A stretch of 55,913 bases of DNA from a virus (lineage: Duplodnaviria; Heunggongvirae; Uroviricota; Caudoviricetes), in IMG/VR virus record IMGVR_UViG_2778261121_000001, positions 1 to 55,913 of that record. The stretch is one strand, 5' to 3'. Shown one piece after another: positions 18,812 through 29,753 of this stretch; the stretch's first letter is position 1, and each line of letters opens with the position of its first letter. A program made the translations under genes and the position numbers. The notes below the pieces were generated by a model that ran no database searches, was not told the origin of the DNA, and was given only the letters and a program-made list of their open reading frames with translations.

Positions 18812-18996
18812 GTTAGTTTCCTTAAAGTGATTCATAAAATCGATTTTAAAGCGTCTGGGAAGGGGTTCTAGTGGATTCTGTAGTGATGTTCAGGTCTGGA
18901 GTCTCTGATACAAAACAGCCTGCTTCCGTATATTAATAATTAATATGTAGTTATTTATATATACAGAAGCAGGCTAATTACAGACGCCAGAACAAA

Positions 18997-19590
18997 CTAA
19001 GCAGCCTTCTTTGATGGTCTTTTTTTTCTGACCACATTCGCAGGATCATACCCTCCCAGACTTTTCATGACGTCCAAAGGGATCTTGCTTATAGAGTGCC
19101 CAGCGTCCTGACAGAATCCTCGAAAAACAACGAGCATACTGCCACCGGGGTTGATGTTTACTTCTACCTGACCAAAATTGACGTCAGGCTCGACAAACGC
19201 TACGCGGCCACCAGACAGAATAATCGTCTCATTCGCATACTCTGTTGCACGCTCATACCACTTTGTATCGAGGGATTGAGGAATTAGCATCACTGTTGTA
19301 ACTCCGCGAGCCTGCTCACGAATAGCCGCATCAATCCAGGGGGAGATTTTGGAGTAGGGTGGATTGAGGAAGGCAATTGTACCTGGCTGTCCCCATTCAG
19401 ATTTCAAAGCATCACGCTCAATGCCTATGAAATTAGGCAGCTTTGCGTTGTCCTTGTTGCAGGCAACGTCAACATCAAATGTCACTCCAAGATAACGTTG
19501 AATGGCAGAAAACAGCCAATCAGGTGTTCTCCAGAGGTCACGAAGAGAGTTGTCGCGCTTTCGCTGTTTGATTTTTTCGGCTGCAATCAT
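18997..19590 (-). CDS. phage Dam-type DNA N6-adenine methyltransferase
   Basis: 197 aa with NPPY motif; palindromic operator-like motif 10 nt upstream of the start. Confidence 0.75.
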   Translation of the reverse strand: MIAAEKIKQRKRDNSLRDLWRTPDWLFSAIQRYLGVTFDVDVACNKDNAKLPNFIGIERDALKSEWGQPGTIAFLNPPYSKISPWIDAAIREQARGVTTVMLIPQSLDTKWYERATEYANETIILSGGRVAFVEPDVNFGQVEVNINPGGSMLVVFRGFCQDAGHSISKIPLDVMKSLGGYDPANVVRKKRPSKKAA

Positions 19591-19654
19591 CTTCTTTCTC
19601 GATAGGTAAGTGATTACCTATTTTTGCATTTGATTTTATGTCTGGCAATCAAAT

Positions 19655-19733
19655 AAAACGCGCCAGAAATGCAAACGAGAAGCTCTCTGGCGCGTTTTTG
19701 TGGTGCTGGGTATGTGATTGGCTTACCCAGCAC
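19655..19733 (-). terminator. tandem terminator hairpins
   Basis: AACGCGCCAGA/TCTGGCGCGTT stem with U-tract, then a 10-bp GTGCTGGGTA/TACCCAGCAC stem, downstream of the 19774 stop. Confidence 0.5.
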
Positions 19734-19773
19734 TATAAAGCTCTCTATGGGCTTTATTTTCAGTAGGGGAACG

Positions 19774-20583
19774 TCATCCAATAGTGTACTCCGCGACAAA
19801 CTTCTTAACGATCGGTGATTCTTCGTTCAATGTTAGATTTCCACCGTCTCTAACGGCAATTCCTGTCGCTGGAAATACAGCCATCATTTGACCAGCCTGA
19901 GTTGACGCAGTGTTAAGCGGATACGGTTTTTCTGGATTGCTCATTAAAGCAATCTTAATACTATTACTTGTAGCCTTCTTTTCTGTGAGAAGGTGTCTCA
20001 TGGAAATTACCGTGTAAACACTAATATCTGGACCTCCGCTAAACCAATTAAGAAGGTTTAATATCTTATCCTTTGCTTTGACAGGCGCGTTCTCATAAGC
20101 ATCTAAAAAAATATCTTTCTCTAAACCCGCTTTATTGAAAAACGCATCATCTTTATCACTTAGAGTAAAACGAGGACCTCTTGCAGTACGCGCTTTTTTA
20201 TTTGTGTTGCTATCATTTGACTGTTGAACTTTTAATTCATCATTAATCTCAACACACCCTTCAACCTCGATGATCCCCAACTGTTCTGGTTCGTTTTCGG
20301 CAGCTTCACCACTTTCAGCGTTAATTACGTTTATAGGCTCATGCGCTAACTCCAACTCATTTAAAGCTGAGCTGAAATCACCTGCTTTTTCTTCATTGAA
20401 CAGTTCTTCGGCAACATCATCAGAACTCATGGCTACGCCAGCATCGAGGCCTAGAAGCAGATCGTCAATATCATCAGTATTTTCAACCTGTGCAGCTTTT
20501 TTTACCGGTTCATCAAGTGATTGCAACATAGCTGTCAGTTCGTCCAGATCATCATTTGTCATTACATTTTCAACCGAACTCAT
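19774..20583 (-). CDS. hypothetical acidic protein (269 aa)
   Basis: ORF in track. Confidence 0.5.
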   Translation of the reverse strand: MSSVENVMTNDDLDELTAMLQSLDEPVKKAAQVENTDDIDDLLLGLDAGVAMSSDDVAEELFNEEKAGDFSSALNELELAHEPINVINAESGEAAENEPEQLGIIEVEGCVEINDELKVQQSNDSNTNKKARTARGPRFTLSDKDDAFFNKAGLEKDIFLDAYENAPVKAKDKILNLLNWFSGGPDISVYTVISMRHLLTEKKATSNSIKIALMSNPEKPYPLNTASTQAGQMMAVFPATGIAVRDGGNLTLNEESPIVKKFVAEYTIG

Positions 20584-20741
20584 GTAAGTCTCCTTCTGTT
20601 TGGTTACATTTGCGTTTCGATGGCTACATTTTGACTAAACCTATCAGGCGGAAAAGTATTAAATACAGGCAGGAAATGATTGAAAGGCGACTGTTCTTTA
20701 AAAGAAAGCCTACTTTAAACTTTTTAAAGTAGGCTTTTGTT

Positions 20742-21299
20742 TTACACAATTTCAGAGGGTAATTTAAAAAATCCGTACTTATTACGTGCCTTAAAGAAGC
20801 ATTGCATCATTAAGTTTGTGTCATATAAGGCACTATGTGCTTTGGCATGATCGTATATAAAGCCAAGAGAGAAGGCCAACTCTTCAAGGCGGGGACGTTT
20901 ACCGTCTTCTGTGGCCCACAATCCAGATAACATAGTATCTATAACAGGAACGTCTGGCAGTCTTACTCCATACCCTGAAAACTCGTGTCGAATAAATGGT
21001 ATATCAAACGCTTCGCCGTTATGAGCAATCCACGCACTACATGCCACCATATAAGCGCCAATTTCGCTGGCATGATTTGACAACAAAGGTTCAGCTGCGA
21101 GCTGTTCCAATGAAATGCCATGAACGGCTTGAGCTTTCGGATCTATGTTTCTGCGAGGGTTAAAACGCATCTCCAGACTATCAATATGTCTCTGTGTCTC
21201 CAGTTCATAGCGGGTAATTGCGATTTCAATAATTTTATGACCAGCAAGGAAATCCAGTCCCGTAGACTCGATATCGATGCCTGCAACAATCGTTGTCAT
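20742..21299 (-). CDS. DnaQ-like 3'-5' exonuclease (DEDDh family)
   Basis: N-terminal GIDIESTG (Exo I) and C-terminal H-x4-D motifs. Confidence 0.7.
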   Translation of the reverse strand: MTTIVAGIDIESTGLDFLAGHKIIEIAITRYELETQRHIDSLEMRFNPRRNIDPKAQAVHGISLEQLAAEPLLSNHASEIGAYMVACSAWIAHNGEAFDIPFIRHEFSGYGVRLPDVPVIDTMLSGLWATEDGKRPRLEELAFSLGFIYDHAKAHSALYDTNLMMQCFFKARNKYGFFKLPSEIV

Positions 21300-21308
21300 C
21301 AGAACTCC

Positions 21309-21728
21309 TTACAACTTCTTAGCGCCCTTAAGTAGTGCGCTACGTACAAATTGAGCCGCTTTTTTCAAAGTTTCTTCACTGGTTTCACAGACAATCGGAT
21401 CTTTCCACTTACCTGACGCAGTGTTGAGAATATTGATTTGGTTGCTATCCAGACAAACAGAGATATAAAGCACCGTGCCACCAGCCAGCATCAAATGCAT
21501 AGGAAACAGAGGCTTTTTACTGTCTTCACTGAACTGAGACATGGCGATGTTAATGGCTTCACCTACTTGTGCGCCAACAAGCCCCTGCGCAGTTTCGAAT
21601 ATGGCACGAATAGCCAGACGAGCCTCTCGATCGGTCATAAGCGACCGGGAATGTTCGTCCGCTACACGAATCAAAGCCTCTGTTGTTTTCCGATCCAGTT
21701 CATCTTCAAGCAACATTTCACTAAACAT
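21309..21728 (-). CDS. hypothetical protein (139 aa)
   Basis: ORF in track. Confidence 0.45.
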   Translation of the reverse strand: MFSEMLLEDELDRKTTEALIRVADEHSRSLMTDREARLAIRAIFETAQGLVGAQVGEAINIAMSQFSEDSKKPLFPMHLMLAGGTVLYISVCLDSNQINILNTASGKWKDPIVCETSEETLKKAAQFVRSALLKGAKKL

Positions 21729-21789
21729 TTTTTATCCTTAACCCATTTTGAGAGTTTTATTGTCGCAATGTCGAAGAGGCGAACAATTT

Positions 21790-22434
21790 CTAATGAACGG
21801 TTACTCGGCCACAGAACCGGTTTTCTATCTTTTCTACCGCGTTATCGAGCATTCTCATTACTGATCTGGCTCTTGCTTCAACTGTGCGATACCGGTTGGA
21901 AACGACGAAGGTTTGCAGATCTCCCCTTTGCGGATGCAGGTGAATTTTTGTCAGTTCCCCGCACATCAACGCATCAATACGAGCGACATACAGACGGTCT
22001 AATGATGCTCGTTGTGACCGCAAGTAATCTCGCTCTGAGAGAGCGACCCCTGGGCGTAGGCCAGCAATGGCGTTAAAGTTTGAAATAGCAGTTTTGTGGC
22101 AAAACTTTTCGATATCGAGGGCTAACTCAATACATCGATCTTCATTGGTATGGCCGACCAAATCCAACGTGTAGGCCATAACATCAGCAGGTGTGCGATC
22201 GATAACAAAGCCTTCAACACCACGCGTAAGTAGCTCTATATGCTTTGCTATTTCCATTTGAATCTGAAGCCGCTCATATAGAGGCATAGACTCACCTACT
22301 CGAACACCGAGTCGGCTCATCAAACTTCCGACACCAGCATCCACGTAAGGGATTCCGTAATGTTTGTCGATATATTTTGCCAGGGTTGTTTTCCCACTGC
22401 CCTGAGCACCAGTGATCCCAATCCGGTAATCCAT
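21790..22434 (-). CDS. P-loop NTPase, probable nucleotide kinase
   Basis: Walker A GAQGSGKTT at the N-terminus; sits in the nucleotide-metabolism cluster. Confidence 0.55.
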   Translation of the reverse strand: MDYRIGITGAQGSGKTTLAKYIDKHYGIPYVDAGVGSLMSRLGVRVGESMPLYERLQIQMEIAKHIELLTRGVEGFVIDRTPADVMAYTLDLVGHTNEDRCIELALDIEKFCHKTAISNFNAIAGLRPGVALSERDYLRSQRASLDRLYVARIDALMCGELTKIHLHPQRGDLQTFVVSNRYRTVEARARSVMRMLDNAVEKIENRFCGRVTVH

Positions 22435-22910
22435 TACGACCTTCTGTATACGATCTGCGAAAAGCCAGGCTCTTCCTCGCTGGCTCGTTGGGTAAAAACT
22501 GTTTCAACAGGCACAAAGCCTAAATTACGCATCATGCTTGCCGGGAAGAATGCATCGGCGTTTGGCACATCAACGCCGATGTGGGAGAGCCAAATCTCTT
22601 CAACATGCGGCATGAATAGCGAGTAAATTTGTTCCCCGCCAATAACCCACACAGGCTCTGGTAATCGCAACACATCATCCACACCAGCAGGGTAGAATCC
22701 ATTTGGTACAAAGCCATGAGAGCGCGTCAAAACGAGGTTATGACGCTCTGGAAGAGGGCGTTTGAGACTTTCCATCGTTTTACGCCCCATAACGACAGTG
22801 GCGTTTTTGGTGAGTCTCTTAAATAGCTTCAGATCGGTAGAACAACGCCAGGGGAGTTCATTCGCTATGCCGATCTCATAGTTACGGCCAACAGCAGCGA
22901 TCATCTTCAT
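22434..22910 (-). CDS. dihydrofolate reductase
   Basis: Aligns with FolA across its length (IG..N.LPW, VMGR.T.ES, VIGG..IY). Confidence 0.8.
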   Translation of the reverse strand: MKMIAAVGRNYEIGIANELPWRCSTDLKLFKRLTKNATVVMGRKTMESLKRPLPERHNLVLTRSHGFVPNGFYPAGVDDVLRLPEPVWVIGGEQIYSLFMPHVEEIWLSHIGVDVPNADAFFPASMMRNLGFVPVETVFTQRASEEEPGFSQIVYRRS

Positions 22911-23368
22911 TTGCTCACCTCATAGATGACCGGTCGATGGTGAGAGTCAGCTAAAGCGGCACGGAGTCGAGGATCGTGCACCAGCGCAGCGATAAGCAGA
23001 TCGCCTTTATGCTCCGCTAATGTGCGCTTAATATGCTTCTCATAACTGGTGCCATTCGGTACAAGATGAAGCCAGTCATAATCAACGCCAAAATCTTTCA
23101 GCCATCGTTTAGTTGGCGCTTCAAGAGTTTCAGAGCGGCTACTGATAAGCACCACTTCAGCCCCTGAGCGAGCAAAACCACGCAACATACGGCTGGTGGG
23201 GAAAATGAGTTCATCACCGGCAATGAGCTGGCCTGCATCCGCGTCAGATACTGATTTACGATGGCTGGCATTTGCCAGCACACCTTCAATTTCGCATAAG
23301 ACATACATACCTCTTGCCATATCACACCGCCACTGGAACCTTGATCCACGGTAGAGGGTCATAGCCAA
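22907..23368 (-). CDS. hypothetical protein (153 aa)
   Basis: ORF in track between the DHFR and thymidylate synthase genes. Confidence 0.4.
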   Translation of the reverse strand: MAMTLYRGSRFQWRCDMARGMYVLCEIEGVLANASHRKSVSDADAGQLIAGDELIFPTSRMLRGFARSGAEVVLISSRSETLEAPTKRWLKDFGVDYDWLHLVPNGTSYEKHIKRTLAEHKGDLLIAALVHDPRLRAALADSHHRPVIYEVSK

Positions 23369-24425
23369 GAATTAAAACCTCGTCCCATTTGAAATCATCC
23401 AACTCTGACCATTCATGAGGGAAAATAACGACCGGATCTGAATGCTCTGGAGCCTGTCGTTTCATTAGCTCACACACACCTTCCATGTGGTTGTTGTACA
23501 AATGCACGTCAAAGCCAAAATGCACAAATGCACCGGCCATGTGACCCGTAATCTTCGCGAGAAAATGAGTGAGAATGCCATAGCCAGCAATATTGAATGG
23601 CATACCAACAAAAGTGTCTACGCTACGCTGTACGAGGCAGGAGTTGAGGATGCGTTTGGGGATTCCAAGTTCATCCAGTTCAGCTTCAGTAACACTGCCG
23701 TCCATATCCAGATCGTATAGCATCTTGGTGTAGATAGACTCGTAACCGAGGCGACTGTGTTGAAGACCAATGTCAGTTGCCATCGTTAAACGGGTTTCAA
23801 AATCCAGCTCACGACTCCACAAAGAGAAGACAAAGTGGCAAGGTGGCAGTTTCATATCCTCAAGCTCGCCTACGTTCCATGCGTTAAGCATGATGCGACG
23901 ATCGGTAGGGTTCGTGCGCAGTGTATCGACAATACGCTGTAGCTGATCGATTTCACGGGACAGCACTACGCGATCTTCACTGATACCCAGGTATCCCTCG
24001 ACTTTGTACCCGCGTTCACGGAAAGTATCGATCTTGCTCAGATATTCACTATGGCTCACGATTCGGGTATCTTCCCATCGACGCCACTGCTTACCGTAAA
24101 CCGGCCCCAAATCGCCATTCTCATCGGCCCATGCATCCCAAATCTTAACGCCGTTATCCTTGAGAAATTGGATGTTTCCCGTGCCTTTCAGATACCACTC
24201 AAGTTCGACAAGTAGTGGCTTAAGATTTACCGCCTTTCCAGAAATAAGCGGCACAGTCCCACCAGTAAGCATGTAGTAAGAGGGAACGTAGCAGGTGCTT
24301 AAAGTACCAGTGCCTGTGCGATCATCAGCCTGCACGCCGCTTTTAAGCACCGTCTCAATAACTTTTGCATACGATGCGTTTGTTACCTGACCGTTCGTAT
24401 GCTCTCGATTCAAAAGGAGTGACAC
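23322..24425 (-). CDS. thymidylate synthase family protein with two large insertions
   Basis: DRTGTGT, WADENGDLGPVYGKQWR and catalytic PPCH motifs conserved; 367 aa versus ~264 for ThyA; GTG start with GAGG Shine-Dalgarno. Confidence 0.85.
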   Translation of the reverse strand: MSLLLNREHTNGQVTNASYAKVIETVLKSGVQADDRTGTGTLSTCYVPSYYMLTGGTVPLISGKAVNLKPLLVELEWYLKGTGNIQFLKDNGVKIWDAWADENGDLGPVYGKQWRRWEDTRIVSHSEYLSKIDTFRERGYKVEGYLGISEDRVVLSREIDQLQRIVDTLRTNPTDRRIMLNAWNVGELEDMKLPPCHFVFSLWSRELDFETRLTMATDIGLQHSRLGYESIYTKMLYDLDMDGSVTEAELDELGIPKRILNSCLVQRSVDTFVGMPFNIAGYGILTHFLAKITGHMAGAFVHFGFDVHLYNNHMEGVCELMKRQAPEHSDPVVIFPHEWSELDDFKWDEVLILGYDPLPWIKVPVAV

Positions 24426-24595
24426 AAAAACCTCACAAAGATAAGTAATTACTTATTCATCGTGTGAGTTTACATTCATTGAGAGAACAAGACCAGACAG
24501 ATAAAAAAATGGTGGCCATAGGCCACCAAAACGAATAGTCATTCCAGAGTTTTATTACGCATGTTAAATATACACAGATAGATAACTACCTACAA

Positions 24596-25465
24596 TTATT
24601 TTTTGATCATTCCGTACATTGCTGAGGCTTTAGCTTGCTCAACAAAGGAGGATAAATCGACATCACTATAGGTTGGAGACTTCAGAATCTTTCCATCGGA
24701 AATTCGAAAACCGATCATCTTATCGGTACCATCAGCATGGCGAAATCCCAGGTCTGAAGAGTCGTATTTGCAGTTGGCCACAGCCTGGCGACGTTCCTCT
24801 ACATCAGCAGGCCATAATTTTGTCATGTTAGACCGATGAATTTCGCCAACCAGCTCGACTACATTGATACCGAGGAAATCAGCCAGTCGATAGGTCATCA
24901 TGCACGCCACATAGATTTTGTTCATGACACGGCGCAGTTCCTGAATCAGCTCAGAATCCTTAACAGTCTTGTTCTCAAGTTTATCTGCCAGCTCTTCGAG
25001 CATACATGACGCCTCACGAGCTTCCTGAAATGGCATTGCCATATCATCGAAAACAGTGTTACCGGGCACAAAAATTGTCTGCATAAAGCGATCAATGCTC
25101 TGTTCCTGCGTGTAATAGGTCATGCCGGTAGAAATACCACCTTTGATGGCGACCATCGTACCAACACCAACGTATAAAAAGTCGGCCATTGCATCCAGCA
25201 GTTGCTCAATATCCCCATTCATTGCGGCTGGAATACCTTCCACTACAGCTTCTTCATGAATCAGGCTTGCACGGAGACGAAGCAGCTCTGGTGTCGGCAT
25301 AACGCGTCTCGGATGCTGGAAGAGTTCATGAAACTGATCGACCATCTTGTAAATACTTTCAGTAGCTACACCATGACCTTCATGCAACTCATATGGTTCT
25401 GGCTTAAATCCAATGAGACGATCGGTGGCAAGTTTCAGGTGGTCAGTCAGTTTGGTAAAGTTCAT
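24596..25465 (-). CDS. hypothetical protein, possibly a tandem MazG-like NTP pyrophosphohydrolase
   Basis: Weak by-eye resemblance to EExxE/D-containing all-alpha NTP-PPase repeats. Confidence 0.35.
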   Translation of the reverse strand: MNFTKLTDHLKLATDRLIGFKPEPYELHEGHGVATESIYKMVDQFHELFQHPRRVMPTPELLRLRASLIHEEAVVEGIPAAMNGDIEQLLDAMADFLYVGVGTMVAIKGGISTGMTYYTQEQSIDRFMQTIFVPGNTVFDDMAMPFQEAREASCMLEELADKLENKTVKDSELIQELRRVMNKIYVACMMTYRLADFLGINVVELVGEIHRSNMTKLWPADVEERRQAVANCKYDSSDLGFRHADGTDKMIGFRISDGKILKSPTYSDVDLSSFVEQAKASAMYGMIKK

Positions 25466-25542
25466 GCTAGTTTTGTTCCTTCTTAATTCTTGTGATCCAT
25501 TGTGGCCCAGCGTTGCCAGGCCACATAATGCTTTGTATCGGT

Positions 25543-26685
25543 TTACAGGTCTGCAAACTGGCTTAGAGAAGCCTTATCCACGGTAGAATCGATCTGACCT
25601 ACCAGATATGTGCTTTGCTCTGCCTCTTGTGGTGCAATTTGCAGTGTGTCGGTTAACAACCACTTGTTCATCCAGACCAGCGGATCTGTGGTAACTTCTG
25701 GAAATAAAGCCTTCAGGCCAAGACGATTCATAGCCAGATTGGTGCGGTATTTTACATAGGTCTTCAGAATATCCGCGTTTAAACCAATCATCGAACCGTC
25801 TTTGAAGAGATAGTCTGCCCAGTTCATTTCTTGTTCGGCGACTGATTTCATGGTGTCGTAAATGACGTTTTCTTCATCAGCAGCAATCTCTTTCCACAAT
25901 AAGCCTTCGCGACCGGTACGCATGAAGCGGATCATGCGTTCAGTTCCTTCGCAATGCAGAGCTTCATCACGGGCAATAAAGCGCATAATTTTGGTGTTAC
26001 CCTCAAGCAACTTCCGTTCGCCAAAGGCAAACGTACATGCAAAACTTACATAGAAACGGATCGCCTCAAGCGCATTAATGGACACCAACGTGCGGAAAAG
26101 CTGACGGTGCAAAGGGTATGGCTCCCAGCCATATTCATTTACGTACAGACGTTCAAACTCTTTCTCACCTAACGACTGGCGCTCGCAGGTCATCCCATAA
26201 AGCCTGTCATATTCAGCAGAGATACTGATCGCTCGGTTGATGATTTCTTCATCCGTAACAATACCGTCAAAAACAATACTCGGATCGTCCACCATGCCAC
26301 GAATAATGTGGGTGTAGCTGCGGCTATGGATAGTCTCAGAGAAAGACCATGTTTCAACCCACGTTTCCAGTTCAGGAATAGAGATAAGCGGCAGAAGCGT
26401 TGCATTTGGGCTACGTCCCTGAACTGAATCGAGTAACGTTTGATAACGGAGATTGCTCAGAAAAATGTGACGTTCGTGGTCCCGCAGCTTCGTGTTGAAG
26501 TCGATACGATCACTCGAAATATCAACTTCTTCCGGCCGCCAGAAGAAAGACAATTGACGTTCAATCAACTTTTCAAAATCACGGTATTTTTGCTGATCGT
26601 AACGTGCCACGTTGACAGATTGTCCGAGGAACATAGGCTCTTTGGTTGCATCATTAGCACCCAAACGGAACGTTGAATATGACAT
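25543..26685 (-). CDS. nrdB: ribonucleotide reductase class Ia beta subunit
   Basis: 380 aa; resemblance to NrdB recognised by eye; conserved start context and 5'-leader motif. Confidence 0.85.
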   Translation of the reverse strand: MSYSTFRLGANDATKEPMFLGQSVNVARYDQQKYRDFEKLIERQLSFFWRPEEVDISSDRIDFNTKLRDHERHIFLSNLRYQTLLDSVQGRSPNATLLPLISIPELETWVETWSFSETIHSRSYTHIIRGMVDDPSIVFDGIVTDEEIINRAISISAEYDRLYGMTCERQSLGEKEFERLYVNEYGWEPYPLHRQLFRTLVSINALEAIRFYVSFACTFAFGERKLLEGNTKIMRFIARDEALHCEGTERMIRFMRTGREGLLWKEIAADEENVIYDTMKSVAEQEMNWADYLFKDGSMIGLNADILKTYVKYRTNLAMNRLGLKALFPEVTTDPLVWMNKWLLTDTLQIAPQEAEQSTYLVGQIDSTVDKASLSQFADL

Positions 26686-26785
26686 GTGTTTTTCCTTTTT
26701 TGATGTGTTTAAACAAGTTGTTATCTTATGTGTTTAAACAAGGCTTACAAATCAAAGATAAGGTGGGGATATACCCCACCATATG

Positions 26786-29101
26786 TCAGATTTTGCAGGC
26801 TCCGTCGCACTCATCTTCTGGCTCGACGGCTACAGCTTGCGTAAGTGGATTCTGCGCTTCGTCGTCATCACGCTTTCCTGCACCATCTCTGGTGTTGTGG
26901 TAGTAAAGCGTTTTAACTCCCATCTTGTAGGCGAGAAGCAAATCTGACAGTAGCGTCATCATTGGGACTTTATCGCCTTCAAAGCGAGAAGGGTCATAGT
27001 TGGTATTGGCTGAAATAGCCTGGTCAAAGAACTTCTGGATGATCGCCACCTTTGTCAGATAGCCGCGGTTGTCCGGCATATCCCACAGGTATTCATACTG
27101 TTCCTTCAGTTTTTCAAACTCAGGCACGACCATCTTAACGATGCCGTCCTTAGAAGATTTCACCGACACCGGTCCACGAGGCGGTTCGATGCCGTTGGTG
27201 GAATTAGTGATCTGGCTGGAAGTCTCGCATGGCATTTGTGCCGTCAGTGTGGAGTTGCGAAGGCCGTATTTTGCAATACGTTCACGCAGTTCTTCCCACG
27301 GCATCTTTAACTCAAAGTTGGTTTCGCCACTTTCGTCTAATGAAGAACGGTAATGGTCGATCGGCAACTGACCAATTGCGTACTTGGTCTGCTCAAACCA
27401 GTCACACTCACCTTTTGCTTCAGCAAGTCGGCAGCTGGCATCAAGAAGGTAATACTGGATAGCTTCGAACGTTTCATGCACCAGTTTATTGCCAGCGGTA
27501 TCAGAATAATGAACGCCATTCTTTGCCAGGTAATAAGCAAAGTTGGTTACACCAATTCCCAAGCTACGACGAGCTTTGGCAGGCACTTCGGCTGCCTCCA
27601 TCGGATAGTCTTGATAATCCAGTAACGAATCCAGTGCAGCAACGGCATAGAACGCCACCTCTTTAAGAGACTCCAGTGAACGGATGGCTCCGAGGTTAAA
27701 AGCGGATAAAGTGCATAGCGCGATCTCACCGTTCGGGTCGTCGGTAAATGCCAGTGGACGAGTGGGTAGAGTGATCTCCATGCACAGGTTTGACTGGCGA
27801 ACAGGTGCAAGAGCAGGAATGAAAGCGCCATGCTCGTTAATATGATCGACGTTCGCAATATAAATTCGGCCCGTGGACGCTCGTTCCTGCATCAGAGATG
27901 AGAACAGCTCAATGGCAGGTACTGACTTCTTGCGAATTGAATCATCGGCTTCGTATTTATGGTACAGCTTTTCAAACAGCTCCTGGTCTGTGAAGAAGGC
28001 TTCGTACATATCAGGCACATCATGCGGGCTGAACAGAGTGATGTTCTCGCTTCTGACGAGTCGACGGTACATTAGACGGTTACTCATGACGCCGTAATCA
28101 AGATGGCGAACGCGGTTTTCATCAATACCACGGTTATTTTTCACCACCAGCAGACTTTCAACTTCAAGATGCCAGATCGGGTAAAACGCTGTTGCTGCGC
28201 CACCACGAACACCACCTTGCGAACAAGATTTAACAGCCGTCTGGAAATGCTTCAGGAATGGAATAACTCCAGTATGGGTGGCTTCACCATTGCGGATCTC
28301 GCTGCCCAGCGCACGGATACGGCCAAAACCAATACCAATTCCAGCACGACGTGAAACGTAGTCGATAATTGCGGCTGAAGCTGCACTAATCCCTTTCAGA
28401 CTATCGCCAGACTCAATCAGCACACAACTGGAGAACTGACGGGTTGGAGTACGGACGCCGGCCATGATTGGTGTGGGCAGAGACAGTTTGAACGTACTTG
28501 TAACGTCATAGAAACCTTTGACCATCTCCATACGTGTTTTGCCAGCGCAGTCGTCTTCCCAATTCTGGAACAGACACATGCCTACCAGCATATAGATATG
28601 TTGCGGCCCCTCATGAATCTCACCAGTAACACGGTTTTGAACGAGGTATTTGCTTTGCAACTGCACCGTAGCTGCATAGCCAAAAAGATCGTCACGTTTC
28701 GGCTTAATGTAATTGCCGAGTTCTTCGATCTCTTCAAACGAATAATGTGTCAGCAAATCCTTGTCATAAACGCCCTTGTTAACGTTCTTGACAATATGTT
28801 GGTAGAAGTTCGGATAGTCGTAACGACCGAAGGCATCTTTGCGGATTTTAAAAATGTTCAGGCGGGCAGCCACCTGTGAGTAATTTGGTGCTTCTGGTGA
28901 GATCAAATCAGCGGCAGATTTAACCAAAGCCTCATGCAACTGGCTGGTGGTAATCCCATCAAAAATGCTGGCCGCAGCTCCCATTGCTACAGCGGATGCG
29001 CTTACACCACGAATGCCTTCTACGCCATACATTACGACGCGGTTGTATTTTTCTTCGGATAACGGCTCTGTTTGGCCGTTACGTTTTACGATGCTTATCA
29101 T
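26786..29101 (-). CDS. nrdA: ribonucleotide reductase class Ia alpha subunit
   Basis: 771 aa aligning with E. coli NrdA through the active site and C-terminal CxxC tail. Confidence 0.9.
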   Translation of the reverse strand: MISIVKRNGQTEPLSEEKYNRVVMYGVEGIRGVSASAVAMGAAASIFDGITTSQLHEALVKSAADLISPEAPNYSQVAARLNIFKIRKDAFGRYDYPNFYQHIVKNVNKGVYDKDLLTHYSFEEIEELGNYIKPKRDDLFGYAATVQLQSKYLVQNRVTGEIHEGPQHIYMLVGMCLFQNWEDDCAGKTRMEMVKGFYDVTSTFKLSLPTPIMAGVRTPTRQFSSCVLIESGDSLKGISAASAAIIDYVSRRAGIGIGFGRIRALGSEIRNGEATHTGVIPFLKHFQTAVKSCSQGGVRGGAATAFYPIWHLEVESLLVVKNNRGIDENRVRHLDYGVMSNRLMYRRLVRSENITLFSPHDVPDMYEAFFTDQELFEKLYHKYEADDSIRKKSVPAIELFSSLMQERASTGRIYIANVDHINEHGAFIPALAPVRQSNLCMEITLPTRPLAFTDDPNGEIALCTLSAFNLGAIRSLESLKEVAFYAVAALDSLLDYQDYPMEAAEVPAKARRSLGIGVTNFAYYLAKNGVHYSDTAGNKLVHETFEAIQYYLLDASCRLAEAKGECDWFEQTKYAIGQLPIDHYRSSLDESGETNFELKMPWEELRERIAKYGLRNSTLTAQMPCETSSQITNSTNGIEPPRGPVSVKSSKDGIVKMVVPEFEKLKEQYEYLWDMPDNRGYLTKVAIIQKFFDQAISANTNYDPSRFEGDKVPMMTLLSDLLLAYKMGVKTLYYHNTRDGAGKRDDDEAQNPLTQAVAVEPEDECDGACKI

Positions 29102-29118
29102 GTATCACCAAATAAAGA

Positions 29119-29140
29119 GGGCCACTAAATATAGTGGCCC
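29119..29140 (-). promoter_or_regulatory. hairpin in the nrdA 5' leader
   Basis: GGGCCACT-loop-AGTGGCCC followed on the minus strand by UCUUUAUUU; lies between the operator-like motif and the nrdA start. Confidence 0.4.
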
Positions 29141-29174
29141 ATGTTAATAGATAAGCACTTACCTATCAATGAAA

Positions 29175-29744
29175 TCAAATGAGAGACTTAAGAACATCGC
29201 GCACCTGGCGGAACTGATCTGTTTGCATACCGGTATGGATGGCAGCCACCGCATCAGCCAAATGTTCGTTTTTGTTCACGAGAACATCCTGTCCAGATTG
29301 CTTACGACGCAGCCACGGTGCTTTAGGGTGTTTTTTCGTAGCCCACTGGATAATCTCTTCTTTCGATGTAGTAAGTTTATTGCCGACAAAATGCTTGATT
29401 TCGTTTGGAGTAACCTGGATCAATGGCTTATCCACACACGCAAGTACACCGATACAAATACCGTAAGACGTCTGCGAACGAGAGTTTTGGCTCCCAACCG
29501 GTAGCTCACAAAAAACCATATTTGCCTTATCAATGATTGGCTTCGCAACACGCCATATTTCACTGGCGCGGCGCAGATCGTCACTGTTCACACGAACGGT
29601 CTTTTTGTTACTCCCCGCTTTAGTCTCAACAAGAGTAAGGCCGTGAATCTCAAGTTCGTCCGTCTCAAGGTCTAAAGTGCCCACAGCAAGCCCAAAGTTG
29701 CTCATTGAGGGATCAACACCAACTACGCTGATTTTTTTACTCAT
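29175..29744 (-). CDS. RuvC-like Holliday junction resolvase (putative)
   Basis: 189 aa; N-terminal VVGVDPS resembles the RNase H-fold resolvase start; placed in the recombination cluster. Confidence 0.5.
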   Translation of the reverse strand: MSKKISVVGVDPSMSNFGLAVGTLDLETDELEIHGLTLVETKAGSNKKTVRVNSDDLRRASEIWRVAKPIIDKANMVFCELPVGSQNSRSQTSYGICIGVLACVDKPLIQVTPNEIKHFVGNKLTTSKEEIIQWATKKHPKAPWLRRKQSGQDVLVNKNEHLADAVAAIHTGMQTDQFRQVRDVLKSLI

Positions 29745-29753
29745 ATAGTCTCC

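Noticed and set aside
22292-22717. Short minus-strand ORFs overlapping the DHFR and kinase genes
   Set aside because: Alternative frames inside well-supported genes with no independent start signals.
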